In this document: piece by piece, positions 13,196 to 25,375 of the stretch
Numbering within the stretch: position 1 is the first letter of the stretch
How the letters are laid out: each line of letters opens with the position of its first letter
Program-made: the position numbers and the translations under genes
The notes under the pieces: generated by a model
Told to the model about the DNA's origin: nothing
What the model saw: the letters and a program-made list of their open reading frames with translations, nothing else
The model's database searches: none
From: Protoeuglena noctilucae
Taxonomy: Eukaryota
DNA length: 64,000 bases
Direction of reading: 5' to 3'
Assembly: GCA_958009085.1 (NCBI GenBank)
Contig: OY253686.1
Location: forward strand, 372,001-436,000

Positions 13196-13650
13196 GCACA
13201 GGGGTCTTGCCGCGACTCCCTGTGCTTAGCTAAGCTCTCACGGAGGGACACCAGGCGGGCTCTGGTGTCCCACAGGCATCGGCCCCCGTGAGAGTTCCTT
13301 TCTGGCACGGCCTCGTTGCCAGAGGACGGCCGGTAGCTTCTGTCGTTTCGTCGGACGGAATCGATCCCCCAGGGTTTTTCCCGGGGTAGCACGGTCGCAG
13401 GACCGACGGACTAGGCCCCGCTGCTCGCTTGACGCCGTTGAAGTGAAGAGGGGCTGTGGTGGCACACCCCGGCACAATGCATGCCTGCCTGGCATATTAC
13501 TCCGGCGCAGGCCAGCATGACGAAAGCGTGAGTGAAAGCGGCGGCTTCAACCTGGTGACGCTGCGCGGGAGCCACCTGCGACTTCCCGGCAAGATCTACG
13601 CATATGGGCTGCCTATGCCCGGGTAGCTAGCTGGGCGAAACACATGCATC
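13196..13650 (+). ncRNA. Candidate structured non-coding RNA of unknown family
   Basis: Back-to-back stems, e.g. agctctcacgg 13233-43/ccgtgagagtt 13286-96 and gggacaccag 13245-54/ctggtgtccc 13262-71. The non-Watson-Crick positions I checked are mostly G-U on the + strand. No credible ORF. Confidence 0.45.
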
Positions 13651-13959
13651 AATGGTCGCAAAGGGCGTCGGGGACAGGCGCAAGAAATACAGCGAGGAGC
13701 GGTGCCCCCCTGCAGGTCCATGCATGCCGGGCGCGTCCGGAGCTCTCGCTGCCAGCGTGGGCGGAGCGGGGCTTCGACGGAGGCCTCAAAAGGCGCACAG
13801 ACAAAGCTCGCACAGAATCAGGGCGGCCCCAGTCACGCGGTAGGAAACAGATGCCTCTGGGAAAGCATCACATGTCACGATGTCGCAATGTCACGATCTA
13901 TGGCGAATGCGGCCTTGCTAGCACCCAGGGCCACGTGTCGGTCCTCGCGCCCCCGGTCA

Positions 13960-16900
13960 TCACCTCCGGCGCTTGCCGTTGCCGCCATTGAAGGGCCTGC
14001 CGTTGCCCGGGGCGGCGTCACTCGGGCCTGTCGGCATGCCGGGCGCGATGTCGGTCGTGAACTCCGGCACAGAAATGTGCGGGGAGCTTTCGACGGAGGG
14101 GAGCCTCCGGGCGTATGGGTCCGATCCGCCAAGGTAAATGCGAGTCAGCGCTATGCGCTGCTGCATGTCGGCGTCGGTGCCGTCCTCGCCAAACGCCTCC
14201 ATGACACGGCCGAAGAGGCGGCTCGTGTCCGCCACCACGTCCGTCATTTCAGTCTCCATGGTGCGCGCCTGGTTGCGAGAAGCAGGAGGGAGTTAAGAAA
14301 TGAAGAAGGGGTAAGAAAGCGAACGGGCGCGTCGCTAGGCGCAGCGGGGGATGTAGGGTCAGTCCGCTGCGGTGGTCAGTCGTATTGGGGTGCCACACTG
14401 TGCCATGCGTAGCCGCGCCCGAGCATGCCTCACCTGCGCAGCCATGCCTTGAATGAGCTTGCTGGCCTCGCGCAACGTGCCCTCCAACATGTTGACCGTG
14501 TTCTTCAAGGAAACCATCTCCGTCTTGGCCACCTGCACCCGTGCACGGCCAGGGCGAGCGGTGAGCCACCGGGGCCGTCGCATGGTTGCGACCTGCAGCG
14601 CTCGCAGCAGCCCGATTCTCTCACCTTATCCTTCGTCTCGAGCTCCGTGTTGCGCTGCGTCAGCTGCGCGTTCTCCTTGACCAGTTTCGACGCCCGCTCC
14701 GTCGCCTCGGCCAGCTGTGCCTTGAGCTCCTGACTCAGCATCCGCGACTCGATCAGCTGCGCCTTGCTGATCTCCACCTGGCGCCTGCGACGAACGGAGA
14801 AACACATTGATGAGGCAACCTGGCATCCGGCGGGCTGACAACGGCACGGGTGGACCGACCCTCATCCATTCCGCTCACCTCCACTGTTCTTCCGCCTCCT
14901 GCGCCTTGAAAAGCCCCTCCTCCAGGCGCTCCTTCTCCTCGCGCAGCGCCGTCGTCATTTGCGTAGACGCCCGCTCGGCCTCGTGGATCCTGCAGGGTGC
15001 ACGGGTGCGCCGATCAGATCCACCACACCCGGTGGTGCGTGGGCGCCCCCCGCTTCCATCTCCCAATTCCTACGATGCTATTCATTTCATCTACTCACTT
15101 TTCCGCGAGAGCGTCCCGATCCAGCGTCAGCTGATGCGCGAGCTCCTCGAGGTCCGCCGCACGCTGGTGCGCCGCCATCACCTCCTCCGTGAGCCCGTGG
15201 GACGCCTCGGCTTGCTCCCGGGCCTGCAGGAAGCTCGTTGAACAAGAGTGAGGGGCACGGAGACAAGGCTGGCCACGGCACATCGCGAATAGTAGCCGGA
15301 ATACAGAAGGCGCAGCCTGCCAAGCGTGCGCAGGGCCGCTGCATGACGGAAGCCTCACGTTCTTGATGGCCGCCGCCGCCCGCTCTTCCGCGTCAATGAG
15401 CGCCTCCTCCAGCGACTGCATCTGCTTGTGCATCTCCGCCAGGGCCTGGTCGCGCTCCGCCATCAGCTTTGCTGCGAGGACAGCCGGGAGCGCAGCCATG
15501 TCAGCAGCCATGTCAGCCGTGCCGCATCGCGAAACATCACCACACGCCGCCTCCGAGCACTCTGCCCACGCATCGTTGCGAACATCTCCCCCAACACATC
15601 CCGAGACTCCCCAACAGCGGTCCACCTGCTACCAATCAGACCACGCAGCAGCAGCTGACAAGCCCCGCCCCGCACCCGTCAGCTCCTGCAGGCGCTCCGA
15701 CTCGGCCTCCGCCTCGCTCAGCCGCTGCAGCGACCTCTCCATCTCCGCCCTCGCGGCCGCCTCGCGCGCTTCCAAGTCCCTCCGGGCATCCTCGGCCCGG
15801 TTCAGCCGGTGCAGGAAACTCTGCAGCTCCTTGGCCGCCGCCTCCTCCTTGGACTCGAGGACCCCGCGGCGGGCCTCGGACCGCGCCAGGAGCGCCGAGT
15901 ACTCTTTCGCCTCCAGCCGGGCCACGAGCTCGCGCTGCTCCAGCTCGCGCCGCTGGTCCTCCGCCTCCTCCAGCCGCGCCTGCGCCGCCGCCGCCTCCTC
16001 GCGCGCCTGGCTCTCCCGCTCCTCGAGCTCAGCACGCGCCGCCTCGGCCTGGCTCAGCCGCGATGTGATTTCGGCCACCTCCTCGCGCGCCGCCCGCTCC
16101 CGCTCCTCCAGCTCCCGCAGCGCCTCCTCGGCCTTCTCCAGCCGAGCGTACGACTCCTCCGCCAGCTGCCGCGCGAGCTCCTCCCGCTCCTCCAAGCCCT
16201 CCCGCGCCTCCTGGGCCTCCCGCAGCCGCTCCTCGGACTCAGTCACCATCTGCTTGGCGCGCGCCTCCCGGTCCTCCAGGTCCCGGCGCGCCGCCTCGGC
16301 CCGAGCCAGCATCAGGGCCGTCTCGTGCGCCTCCTGCCGCACCAGCCACTCGCGCTCCTCCAGCGACCGCCGCGCCGACTCGGCCTGTGTCAGCTTGGCC
16401 AGCGACTCGTCGGCAGTTGAGCGCGCCCGCCGCTCCCGCTCCTCAAGCACCTTCAGAGTCTCCCTCGCGAGGTTCAGCTGCGCGCTCGTGTCCTCCGCAG
16501 CCGCCAGCGCCTTCCTCTCCCGCTGCTCAAACTCCCGCCGCGCAGCCTCGGCCGCCTCCACCGCCCTCACGGACCGCCCCGCGTCCTCGCGGGCCTGTCG
16601 CTCCCGCTCCTCCAGCTCCCGCCGCGCCGCCTCGGCCTCCCGCAGCCGCTCCGCGACGCGCTCCTCCTCCCGCCCCTTGTACTCGCGCGCCTCCGCCTCG
16701 GCCTTGCGCAGCCGCTCGGCCAGCTCCGCCGCCTCCGCCCGGGCGATCTGCTCACGATTCGCCAGCTTCCGCCGAGCCTGCTCGTCCTCCTGCAGCTGGC
16801 GCGCCATCTCCTCCGCCTCCTTGCGCGCCTGCTTCTCGCGCTCCGCCAAGTCGCGGCGCGCCCCCTCGGCCTTGCGCAGCCGCTCGGCTACGTCCTCCGC

Positions 16901-19900
16901 GGCCGCCCGCGCCGCCCGCTCCCGCTCCTCCAGCTCGGCCTGTCGCTGCTGCGCGAGGCTCAGGCGCTCCATCGCCTCCTGTGCCGACGCCCGAGCCGCC
17001 TGCTCCCTCCTCTCCAGCTCGGCCCGCATCGCCTCCGCCTCCTCGCGAGTCTGCCGCTCGCGCTCCTCGAGCTCGGCCCGCGCAGCCTCGGCCTGACGCA
17101 GCCGCTCCTCGACCTCTTCCTGGGCCTGCCGCTCACGCTCCTCGAGCTCAGCACGGGCCGCCTCAGCCTGGCGTAGCCGCTCTTCCGCCTCAGCGCGTGC
17201 CTCCTTCTCCCGCTCTTCCAGCTCAGCACGAGCCGCCTCGGCCTGACGCAGTCGCTCCTCGGCCTCAGCGCGAGCCGCCCTCTCTCGCTCCTCGAGCTCG
17301 GCCCGCGCAGCCTCGGCCAGACGCAGCCGCTCCTCAGCCTCCTCGCGAGCCTGCCGCTCGCGCTCCTCGAGCTCCCGCTGCGCTGCTTGCGCCTGGCGCA
17401 GCCGCTCTTCCGCCTCGGCACGAGCCGCTCTCTCCCGCTCCTCCAGCTCTCGTTGCGTGGCCTCCGCTTGACGCAGGCGCTCCTCGGCCTCTTCGCGGGC
17501 TTGCCTCTCGCGCTCCTCCAGCTCAGCACGAGCCGCTTCGGCCAGGCGCAGACGCTCCTCAGCCTGAGCATGCGCCTCCCTCTCCCGCTCCTCCACCTCG
17601 CGCTGCGTCGACTCGACGTAACGCAGACGCTCCTCGGCGTCTTGCTGCGCCCGCCTCTCCCGCTCCTCTAGCTCCCGTTGTGCGGCCTCGGCCTGACGCA
17701 GCCGCTCCTCGGCCTCCTCACGCGCTTGCCTCTCGCGATCTTCCAGCTCGCGCTGCGCCGCCTGAGCTTGACGCAGCCGCTCTTCCACCTCTTCCCGGGC
17801 CTGGCGCTCGCGCTCTTCCAGCTCAGCACGAGCCGCCTCAGCCTGGCGCAGCCGCTCCTCCACCTCTTGGCGCGCCTGCCGCTCCCGATCCTCGAGCTCG
17901 GCCCGCGCAGCCTCGGCCTGAAGCAGCCGCTCCTGCGCCTCAGCGCGCGCCTCCCTCTCCCGCTCCTCCAGCTCCCGCCGTGCCGCCTCCGCCTGACTAA
18001 GCCTCTCTGCGGCATCCTCGGCCTCCTTCCGCGCCTGCTCCTCTCGCCGCGTCAGCTCCGCCCGCTCGGCCTCCGCCTGGCCCAGCCGGCCCGCGACCGA
18101 CTCCACCTCCCGCCGCGCCCGCTCCTCGCGCTCTTCCAGCTCGCAGCGTGCCATCTCGGCGCGCTCGAGCTTCCGCGCCACCTCCTCCGCCTCGCGGCGC
18201 GCCTGCTCCTCGCGCTCTTCCAGATCCCGACGCTCCGCCTCCATCCGGCCCAAGCGCTCCGCCACGTCCTCCGCACGCTGCCGCGCCGCTCGCTCGCGCT
18301 GCTCCAAAGCGCTCCTCCCCTCCAGGGCCTTGGCCCTCTCGCGCTCCAGAGCTCTCTGCGGCAGCGAACGAGTCAAGAAGTTGCTTCTTACTCGTGGTGC
18401 GCATTCCACTGGTGCACCTGACACTGCTTTCTTGCCCCACCAGCTACCAGGCAACCTGCACCCCACCTTGCCCACCCCACCCCGCATTCCCTCATCTCAC
18501 GTCTCTGAGCTGAATGTCTGTTGGCCCTATCCCAGCCATCGCAGGCTTCTCACCTCCTGCTCCTCCACCAGCGCGCGGGCCGCCTCGAGCTCCCGGGTCA
18601 GGCGCTCCTTCGACTGACGCAAGCGATCGATCTCCTCGATGGCGCCCTTGATGTCGACCGCAGTCGGTGGCTTGGGTGCCGGCGCGACCGCCAGGGACAC
18701 GTCGACCACTGGCGCGTCATCCACGGATGCCTTGGGACCGACCTCTGCGGCAGGCACGCCCTGCACCACTGGGCCGGCGGAAGCCCCGTTGACGTGGCCG
18801 TTGGCGTGCCCATTGGTGTGCCCATTGGCATGACCATTGGCATGACCATTGGCGTGCCCATTTGCATGCCCGTTAGCGTGGCCGTTGGCGTGACCATTGG
18901 CGTGCCCATTGACGCGGGCGTTGGGATGGCCGTCCGTCCCACTCGAGCGAGCCCCGATGAGGATATCGACCCCGTGGTCGCGGTACCCCCCGGACGGCTC
19001 TCTGGGGAGCTCGCCGGGCTCGTTGTCGCCGTGCAGGGGCGACGAGGGCGTCGAAGGCGGCCGCTCCATGACCAGCGCCAGCGGCCGAGAAAACCGGGAC
19101 ACGCCCAGGACAAAGTCGACGGCGTGGGGATCGAGGCGCGCCGAGGCGGCGACCGGGGCGACGTGGGCCGGCGGCGCATGGCCGTTGGCATTGGAGGGGC
19201 GTTCCATGGTCGTGGGGCCCGCAGCGGCCGTCGCGGGGGCGCCCGCCTCCGCAGCCTTGGCCTGGCGCGCCGGGGAGTTCGGGCCGGTGCCGCGGGGCCC
19301 TCCGTTACTGCCGTTGGGGCGTCGCGGGGATGGCGGAGGTGGCGGGGCAGGACGCGCATCGTTCCCGCGGCCCTCTGGGTGCCCGGGCGCGTGACGGGAC
19401 ACGTGCGCCGCCCTCTGCCGGCTTCGCGTGAGCGACTCCGAGCTGAGAGACCACACGTCAACCTCGTCACGCGCGCCGGTGGGCGGGCCTGCAGCGGGAG
19501 GAGGGCGGGGCCGTGTCAGCTGCCGCTGATGTCGCGCGCCGCTGATTGACATGGAAAAAAGCGTTATCGACAGAAGCGGCGCCGGCTCTGTCGGGCTTTG
19601 AGCGCGCGGGGATTTTGAGAACCTTTCGGATTGCGATGCAACAATGCTGCAGCGTCCCGCGGGCGCATCTTCGGGGCGCGACGGCGGCAAGCGACTGGTA
19701 GTATCACCTCGCGACTTGCGGCGAAGAGCCAGGAAGGCCGCGGCGAGCAGAACGGCGGCGCCGACCACGACAGCTGGGGCGACAATGAGGCGGTGGGTCA
19801 TCGAGCTGTACAGCGCCGACACGGCCGAGAGGAGCCCCACCCCGGCGGCAGTGATGGCCGCGATGTTGCGCCCTGCGGAACGCGACCAAAGCGAACCGTT

Positions 19901-20255
19901 CGCGGCCCGCGGCGCGGCGGGAATGGGCACGGGACGGCAGCCAGGGCCGACAGCCACCTGGGGGCGACTCACGGTGGATACGGCGGGCCACAAGCACAGC
20001 TCGGCTTATCGTGCTCCAAGGTGTCGTGCGCGAGCCCGCCACGGCGGCGCCGGCGCGGGCGCCGGCCATCACGTCGGCAGCCAGGACCGTCGCCCGGGTC
20101 TGGAGCCCAGGGTCCCGGGCGGTCGAGCCGGGCGTCCGGGGGGTGCCAGGCCACTCCGTGATACGTCTCGGAGGCAGCAGGGGCCGACCGCGACCCTCGG
20201 CGACGCCCGAGTCGCGCGCGGGGGCGGCCAACAGGCCGGATGCCGTGGCCCTCAT
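13960..20255 (-). CDS. Large membrane-anchored coiled-coil protein (transit-peptide-like N-terminus, two hydrophobic helices, Pro/Ala linker, E/R/A-rich repeat helix); architecture reminiscent of plant MFP1
   Basis: Hydrophobic segments IAAITAAGVGLLSAVSALY and LIVAPAVVVGAAVLLAAAFLAL. A ~900-aa coiled-coil exon spans about 15680-18357, and further in-frame coiled-coil exons run to a stop at 13960. Orthology to MFP1 is not established. Confidence 0.8.
17060..17959 (-). repeat. Coding tandem repeat, 12 x 75 bp (25 aa, ERQAREEAEERLRQAEAARAELEER), flanked by more diverged 28-aa units
   Basis: Units counted in the translation. The DNA recurs at 75- and 300-bp spacing (gctcagcacgagccgc at 17221, 17521 and 17821). 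Confidence 0.9.
18791..18910 (-). repeat. Coding minisatellite, 10 x 12 bp, encoding (NGH[A/T/V])10
   Basis: Direct reading: NGHA x7, NGHT, NGHA, NGHV, with synonymous codon variation between units. Confidence 0.95.
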
Positions 20256-20777
20256 TCCCCGCCCGCACGCGCTGCGGGAGCCAGAGAGCTTGCACTCATT
20301 CGCTGCGCGACGGAACGATATATTATGCGCGAAGAAACACTCGCGCTCGCGGCCGCGCGGTCTTTGCAGCGGAGAGCGGGAGCCCGCCCCGTCGTTCCCG
20401 CGGCCCTGCGCGCCACCGGACATCCACCCTCACCTTTTCACGCTCGAGTGAGCGTGTGACTGCGAGGAGAGGGCCGTATATTGACGGCGCGGGTCCGCAC
20501 GAGGCCCCGAGCCACTAGCGATGTCTGTAAGCGAGTTTCGAGCGACCTAGTCGTGCAATCGCTCGTTTCTTCGATGGTGGTGGTGCTGCGGAGGTGCGCG
20601 AGTGCCTTTGAGGGGCGGGCAAAAGTGTGCCAGAAACCGGTCGCTCGCCCTCTTTCGCCTTCCCTCAGCACACAGCCAGTGAAAGCGGAATGCTACCAGG
20701 TTGCCTGCATACTGTGCCTTTTAGCGTTCGTGCAGTTAGCAAGTGGAAGAAAGGCTTTGCGCGTTGATGCGGTGCTG

Positions 20778-22618
20778 ATGACTCTTGTGAGGTCCTACCG
20801 TCTGACGTGCCGGGATCTTCGACGGTCCAGTCGGGGCGGATCGTGTGCTGCAAGCAGGGGGCACGCATCTGTGAGCTCGGCTCCCTCTGTGGTGCGCCGG
20901 ACGCTCCTCTCCGCGCTGGGTGGCGCGCTGGTCTTGTGGGGATCGACGGGAGCTAGCCGCTCGGCACCGCAAAGCGATGCAGAGCTCTACGCAGCTCCGG
21001 GGCCGCTTGGCGTGTCCAGGCTGCCCCTCCTAGAGCACACGGCTTCGAGCGTGTACCCCGATTGCGTCGGGGACAAGTGCTTGCTTCGCATCAGCGTCTT
21101 CTACCCGCGTGGTGGCACGCGCATTGCCGGCATCGGGCCTCCCTACCCGCTCGCGATCCTTTCTCCCGGCTTCCTGGTGTCCTCTGATTCGTACCAGTCC
21201 TATGCCGAGGTGAGACAGTCAATCGCCTCGCACACGAGCTGCTGATGGCCACCTGGCTCCCATCACTCATTCCTGCCTTCGTCCCGCAGCGTCTGGCGAG
21301 CTGGGGGTACGTGTGCATCCTGTACGACAAGCGGGAGACGGTGAACGACCCCGTCAATGACGATGTGACTGTGCGCCTCTTGCGAGAGCTCATCGGTGAG
21401 CTAAGGGCGTCTTCGGTGCATGCATGGGCGCAAGCTCGGTCTCGTAAGCCCTCTGTGTGCGTGCAGTGGACCTCGCTCCGCCTCGTCTCGTGCACAGACT
21501 GGGCGACGACGGACCCGGCACTGAGCAAGCTGTGCGACACGAAGGACGTCTTCCTCGTAGGCCATTCGCGGGGTGCCAAGGTGTCCACACTCGCGGCCGT
21601 GAGCGATCCCCGCGTCAAGGCCCTTGCTTTGATCGACCCCGTGGACAACACTCAGTACGCGCCACTCGGTCCCGGTGAGCGCCCCGCCCCCACAGCACCT
21701 GCTTTCCGATCATGCATCGTGCACCCGTATGATGCCCGTCACCATCACTGCAAGTGATGCTCTGCGTCGTAACAGGCAGTGTGCGACGCCCCCCGCCTTC
21801 TGCTGCTCCGCGCAGGATACCCCTCGGCGACGCAGGCCCTCAAGAGCTTGCGGATGAGGGCAGCGCACCCTACGATGGACGGCAGGGGTGGCGGCCCGCT
21901 CGGGCCCCTCCCGATCGTCATCATCGGGGCAGGGGTGGCGTCGGACTGCGTGCCGCTGCCCGCGAATTATGACGCGTTTTACCAAGCAGCCCCGGGCGCA
22001 GCGTGGACCGTCGTGATCGAGGATGCCGGCCATTTCTCTTTCCTGGACAGTCCCACGATGCTCCAGGCCGCCATCTGCACCCCGGGACTCGCGAGCGGGC
22101 CAGCGGTGCGCGCGGCTACTCAGGCGATGATTGTCGCGTGGGCTGAGGTGGTCTTCCGAGGGCGGGCAATGCAACCGTCCACGTCTGGGAGGGAGCGGGG
22201 CAGCGGAGGCCGTAAGCCACCACCGAGGCTCGCGTCGGCAGATCGGGGAGCGGGTGGCGTGTCGGGGAACGCGTCAACCAGCGACGGCGAGACGCAAAGC
22301 CTCGCGTCTTGGCCAAGCCCAGTGAGGACTCACGCTCCAGAGCTGCTGCAGTCAGGCGAGCGTTGCGGCGGGCCAGCGAGAGCACTTACACACACGGCCT
22401 TGCCACAGCGGCCATGCAAGGGACTCGCACGCAGCAGACAATTCACTTCAGTCGCGCTCGCAGTGGCGGCAGGCCTCGCGCAGTCCCTCGCTGCGGACAT
22501 TGCGGCCATGGCCGCTGCCGCTGGGCCCCAGAGCCGGGCAGCGAAGCGGGCGAGGGACAGCAAGGTGCCGGTTCTGAAAAGCTCCTTCAAGGGCATTCCC
22601 GAGACGGTTGACGCCTGA
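20778..22618 (+). CDS. Chlorophyllase-like alpha/beta hydrolase with transit peptide and possible twin-Arg signal
   Basis: PYPLAILSPGF...YAERLASWGYV, nucleophile elbow VFLVGHSRGAKV, ALIDPVD and DAGHFSFLD. The N-terminus contains RRTLLSALGGALVLW. Confidence 0.85.
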
Positions 22619-22629
22619 CGTGCGCCACC

Positions 22630-24060
22630 CTAGGGCTGTGGCTCATGTTGGCTGGTCTTGGCCTGGGACAACACGGCCGCCATTTGCTCTGCTAGATGCG
22701 CGTTGGTGCCCAGCACCCTCCGCGATGTCAGGGACAGCGCACCACCACCGGGGTCCAAGACCTTTCCTCCGGCCTGCATGGGGCACGTCGGCAGGGGCGC
22801 AGTTGCGGGACCCACCGGCGACTCTGGTGATTTGAAACTCTCGTGCAGCACGAGCGTGGGCCTCGTCACCTCGGTCAAAATCAGCGACGCCGCGGCCACG
22901 TCCCACGGGCCCCCGAACCCAATCTCATAGAAGGCGTCCAGACGGCCCGTGGCCACCCCACACTGCGCGAGTGCGGCACGCAGACTGCTGAAGTTACACG
23001 TGCGTGAATGGCCTGACATGTGTGCCAGTGCCGGTATGCACAACGCCCGGAACCAATGCCATCACTGCCTGCTCTCACCAGGCCCATGGCGCAGGAGCCG
23101 CCGCACCGGATCGACCGGGACGCGGAGCTGACGCGCCGGATGCGGTCAAAGACGGCTTCGACCGTCTCTGCCTCCCGGCCCACGCCCAGCTCCGTGCCCA
23201 CCAGCGCGCGTGACAGGCTCGGCTCGGCGGAGCACGAGATGGGCCGGCCGTTCAACGTGGCACCTCGTCCGCGTACGGCCTCAAACATCTCGCCCAACAC
23301 GGGATTAAACACGACTCCCACCTCCACGCGCCGACTCACGGCGAACCCGATGCACACGCACTGCGCGGGCGCAGGGGCTGCAGCTCAGCGCGCTGGGTGC
23401 GAGGCAGCCCGCTCCCGCTCCGTAGCGCACGCGCGGCTCACCACGAAAGGAAAAGAGTGGACGAAGTTCGTGGTCCCGTCGAGCGGGTCGACGAGCCACG
23501 TCGGCTCGTCCGTCAGCTCTGCGCGTGTGGAGGGATGTCCGGCAACTGACGGCATGGAGCGAACACGAACACGATCGCGCGTTCAAACTGCAGTCATCAT
23601 GCTCGCGTACCAGGTATGCTCCCCAGCGCTGCTGCTTGCTCCTCCCCAATGAACTTGTGCCCCGGGAACTCGGCCTGGATGCGCTCCATGATGACCCTCT
23701 CGCATTGCTGATCCGTCACGGTCACGAGGTCCACCTGGTGGGCCGCGATTGGCAAAGAGCGTCGCATCGGTTGCACAGCGAAGCAGCGCGCTGCGCCCCC
23801 ACGCACTGTTCTGCCCTCACGTCGTTCTTCTTGCTGTCGATGCGTTTGGGCTGATCAAACGCCACGCGGATGATCTCTCCCGCTTGGCGGGCCGACTCCC
23901 GCGCGACCAGCAGGACGCGATCGACGTCTGCGGGCGTGGGAATGCACCATCGGGCATCGGGGCTCCAGGAAAGGTCCACGAGTCCACGCGCCGATCGCGA
24001 TGGTCACTAATGGCGGTGACGTTGTCCCCGGGAACCCGCTCGGGCACCTACCGCGTCCAT
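22630..24060 (-). CDS. Inositol monophosphatase family protein (IMPase/VTC4-like)
   Basis: [66 protein letters not shown]. Confidence 0.93.
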
Positions 24061-24650
24061 GGCCACTGCAATTCGAGGGGAGCGCCCAGGGGCGCGAAAC
24101 GGGGCTCGAACCAGGCAGCGGGGCGGGGCGATGAGCGTCACTCTGCAACCCGACCACCGCATCTCGGAGCCAGCGATGGGCATCTCCGCAGAAAGCTTCC
24201 GGAAGCGCGCGGGTGACGCAGCGCCAGCCCGTCTGACCGGCTGTTGTCAGGGTCGGACGGGGCCCGGCCCCCCCTCAAGTGCGCGCGTCTCGCGCCTGCA
24301 TGGACCCTTTTCAGACCGCCTTGCAGGCACTGACTGATTGCGGTCGAGGCGAGGTGAGGGGCGGTGGGAAGCACCGCGAACGGGCGCGCCGGGCCACCTG
24401 CGCCGGCGGCCGCGGCAGCGCCATCGCCCGCGCCTTGCTTGCTACCTCGAAAAGCCGTGGAGGGGCGTCCAGGGCGCAGCTTGGAGGGGCTCGCCGTGCC
24501 AGTTTCGGGTTGTCCGCGCTGGGCGCTCCGGACGCGTTCACGCTCCGCGTGTCGTACACTCGTGTTTCGCGGTCGCTGCGGGCGGCGCCGCGTGTCCCCA
24601 TGCGCCCTCAGGAAGCTGACCGCGCGTCTCGGCCGGCCCTGCGCGCGCAG

Positions 24651-25375
24651 ATGACGGGCAAGTCGGATACGCGGGAGTACACGATCAACCTGCACAAGGC
24701 GCTCCACAAGCGCCACTTGACGTTCAAGAAGAGGGCCCCGCGCGCCGTGAAGGTCATCCAAGAGTTCGCCAAGAAGGTGGTGAGTGGCCAGGCCGCGGAG
24801 CCGCGCCTGCTCGTCGTTTGGGACGTGCTGGCGCGCAGGACCAGGCGCGCGGCGCCCGCGGCTGGCCGGCGGCGCTGGGCTGGTGGTGCGCAGGGCGAGG
24901 CCCGCCCCCTCGCGTCGCGCAGACGGGCACCAAGGAGGCCAAGCTCGACGTCGCTCTCAACCGGGCCATCTGGAAGAACGGCATCAAGGTGACGGGGCCT
25001 CTGGCATCCGCGGCTGGCCCTCGCATCCCCGACTGCCGTCACGGCAGCCCTCGGCCCGGGGAGGGGCTCGCACGGGCTCTCTGGGCCCCTCACTCGCGGT
25101 GCTGTTTCCCACAGGCTCTCCCCGTGCGCCTGCGGATCCGCATCACCAAGCGGAGGAGCGAGGACGAGGACGCGAAGGAGAAGTACTACGCGTTCGCGAC
25201 GGTGGCCGAGAAGCAGGCGAGTCCGCCGGCGGTGGAGCGCAGGAGATGGAGGAGCACGGGTGTTTGAGCGTAGCGTGCTCCGAGGCTGGGCGCGCGCCTG
25301 AGTTGCCCTGCCCCACGCCTGCCGCAGGAGTTCCAGGGCCTGGGCGTGGTGGTGGTCGACGACGCGGAGAACTGA
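24651..25375 (+). CDS. RPL31: 60S ribosomal protein L31 (eL31), 4 coding exons
   Basis: [10 protein letters not shown]...[19 protein letters not shown] / [15 protein letters not shown] / [23 protein letters not shown] / [11 protein letters not shown]. The last intron is GC-AG (25217-25327). Confidence 0.95.

Noticed and set aside
13490..13650. U17/snR30 identity for the structured element (gcATATTAC and AAACACATgc resemble m1 AUAUUCCUA and m2 AAACCAU)
   Set aside because: Both motifs mismatch, and no properly placed H or ACA box is present.
15363..18000. Long + strand ORFs (577 aa Ser/Arg/Ala-rich; 537 aa Pro/Ala-rich)
   Set aside because: Antisense shadows of the E/R-rich coiled-coil exon; high GC suppresses stop codons.
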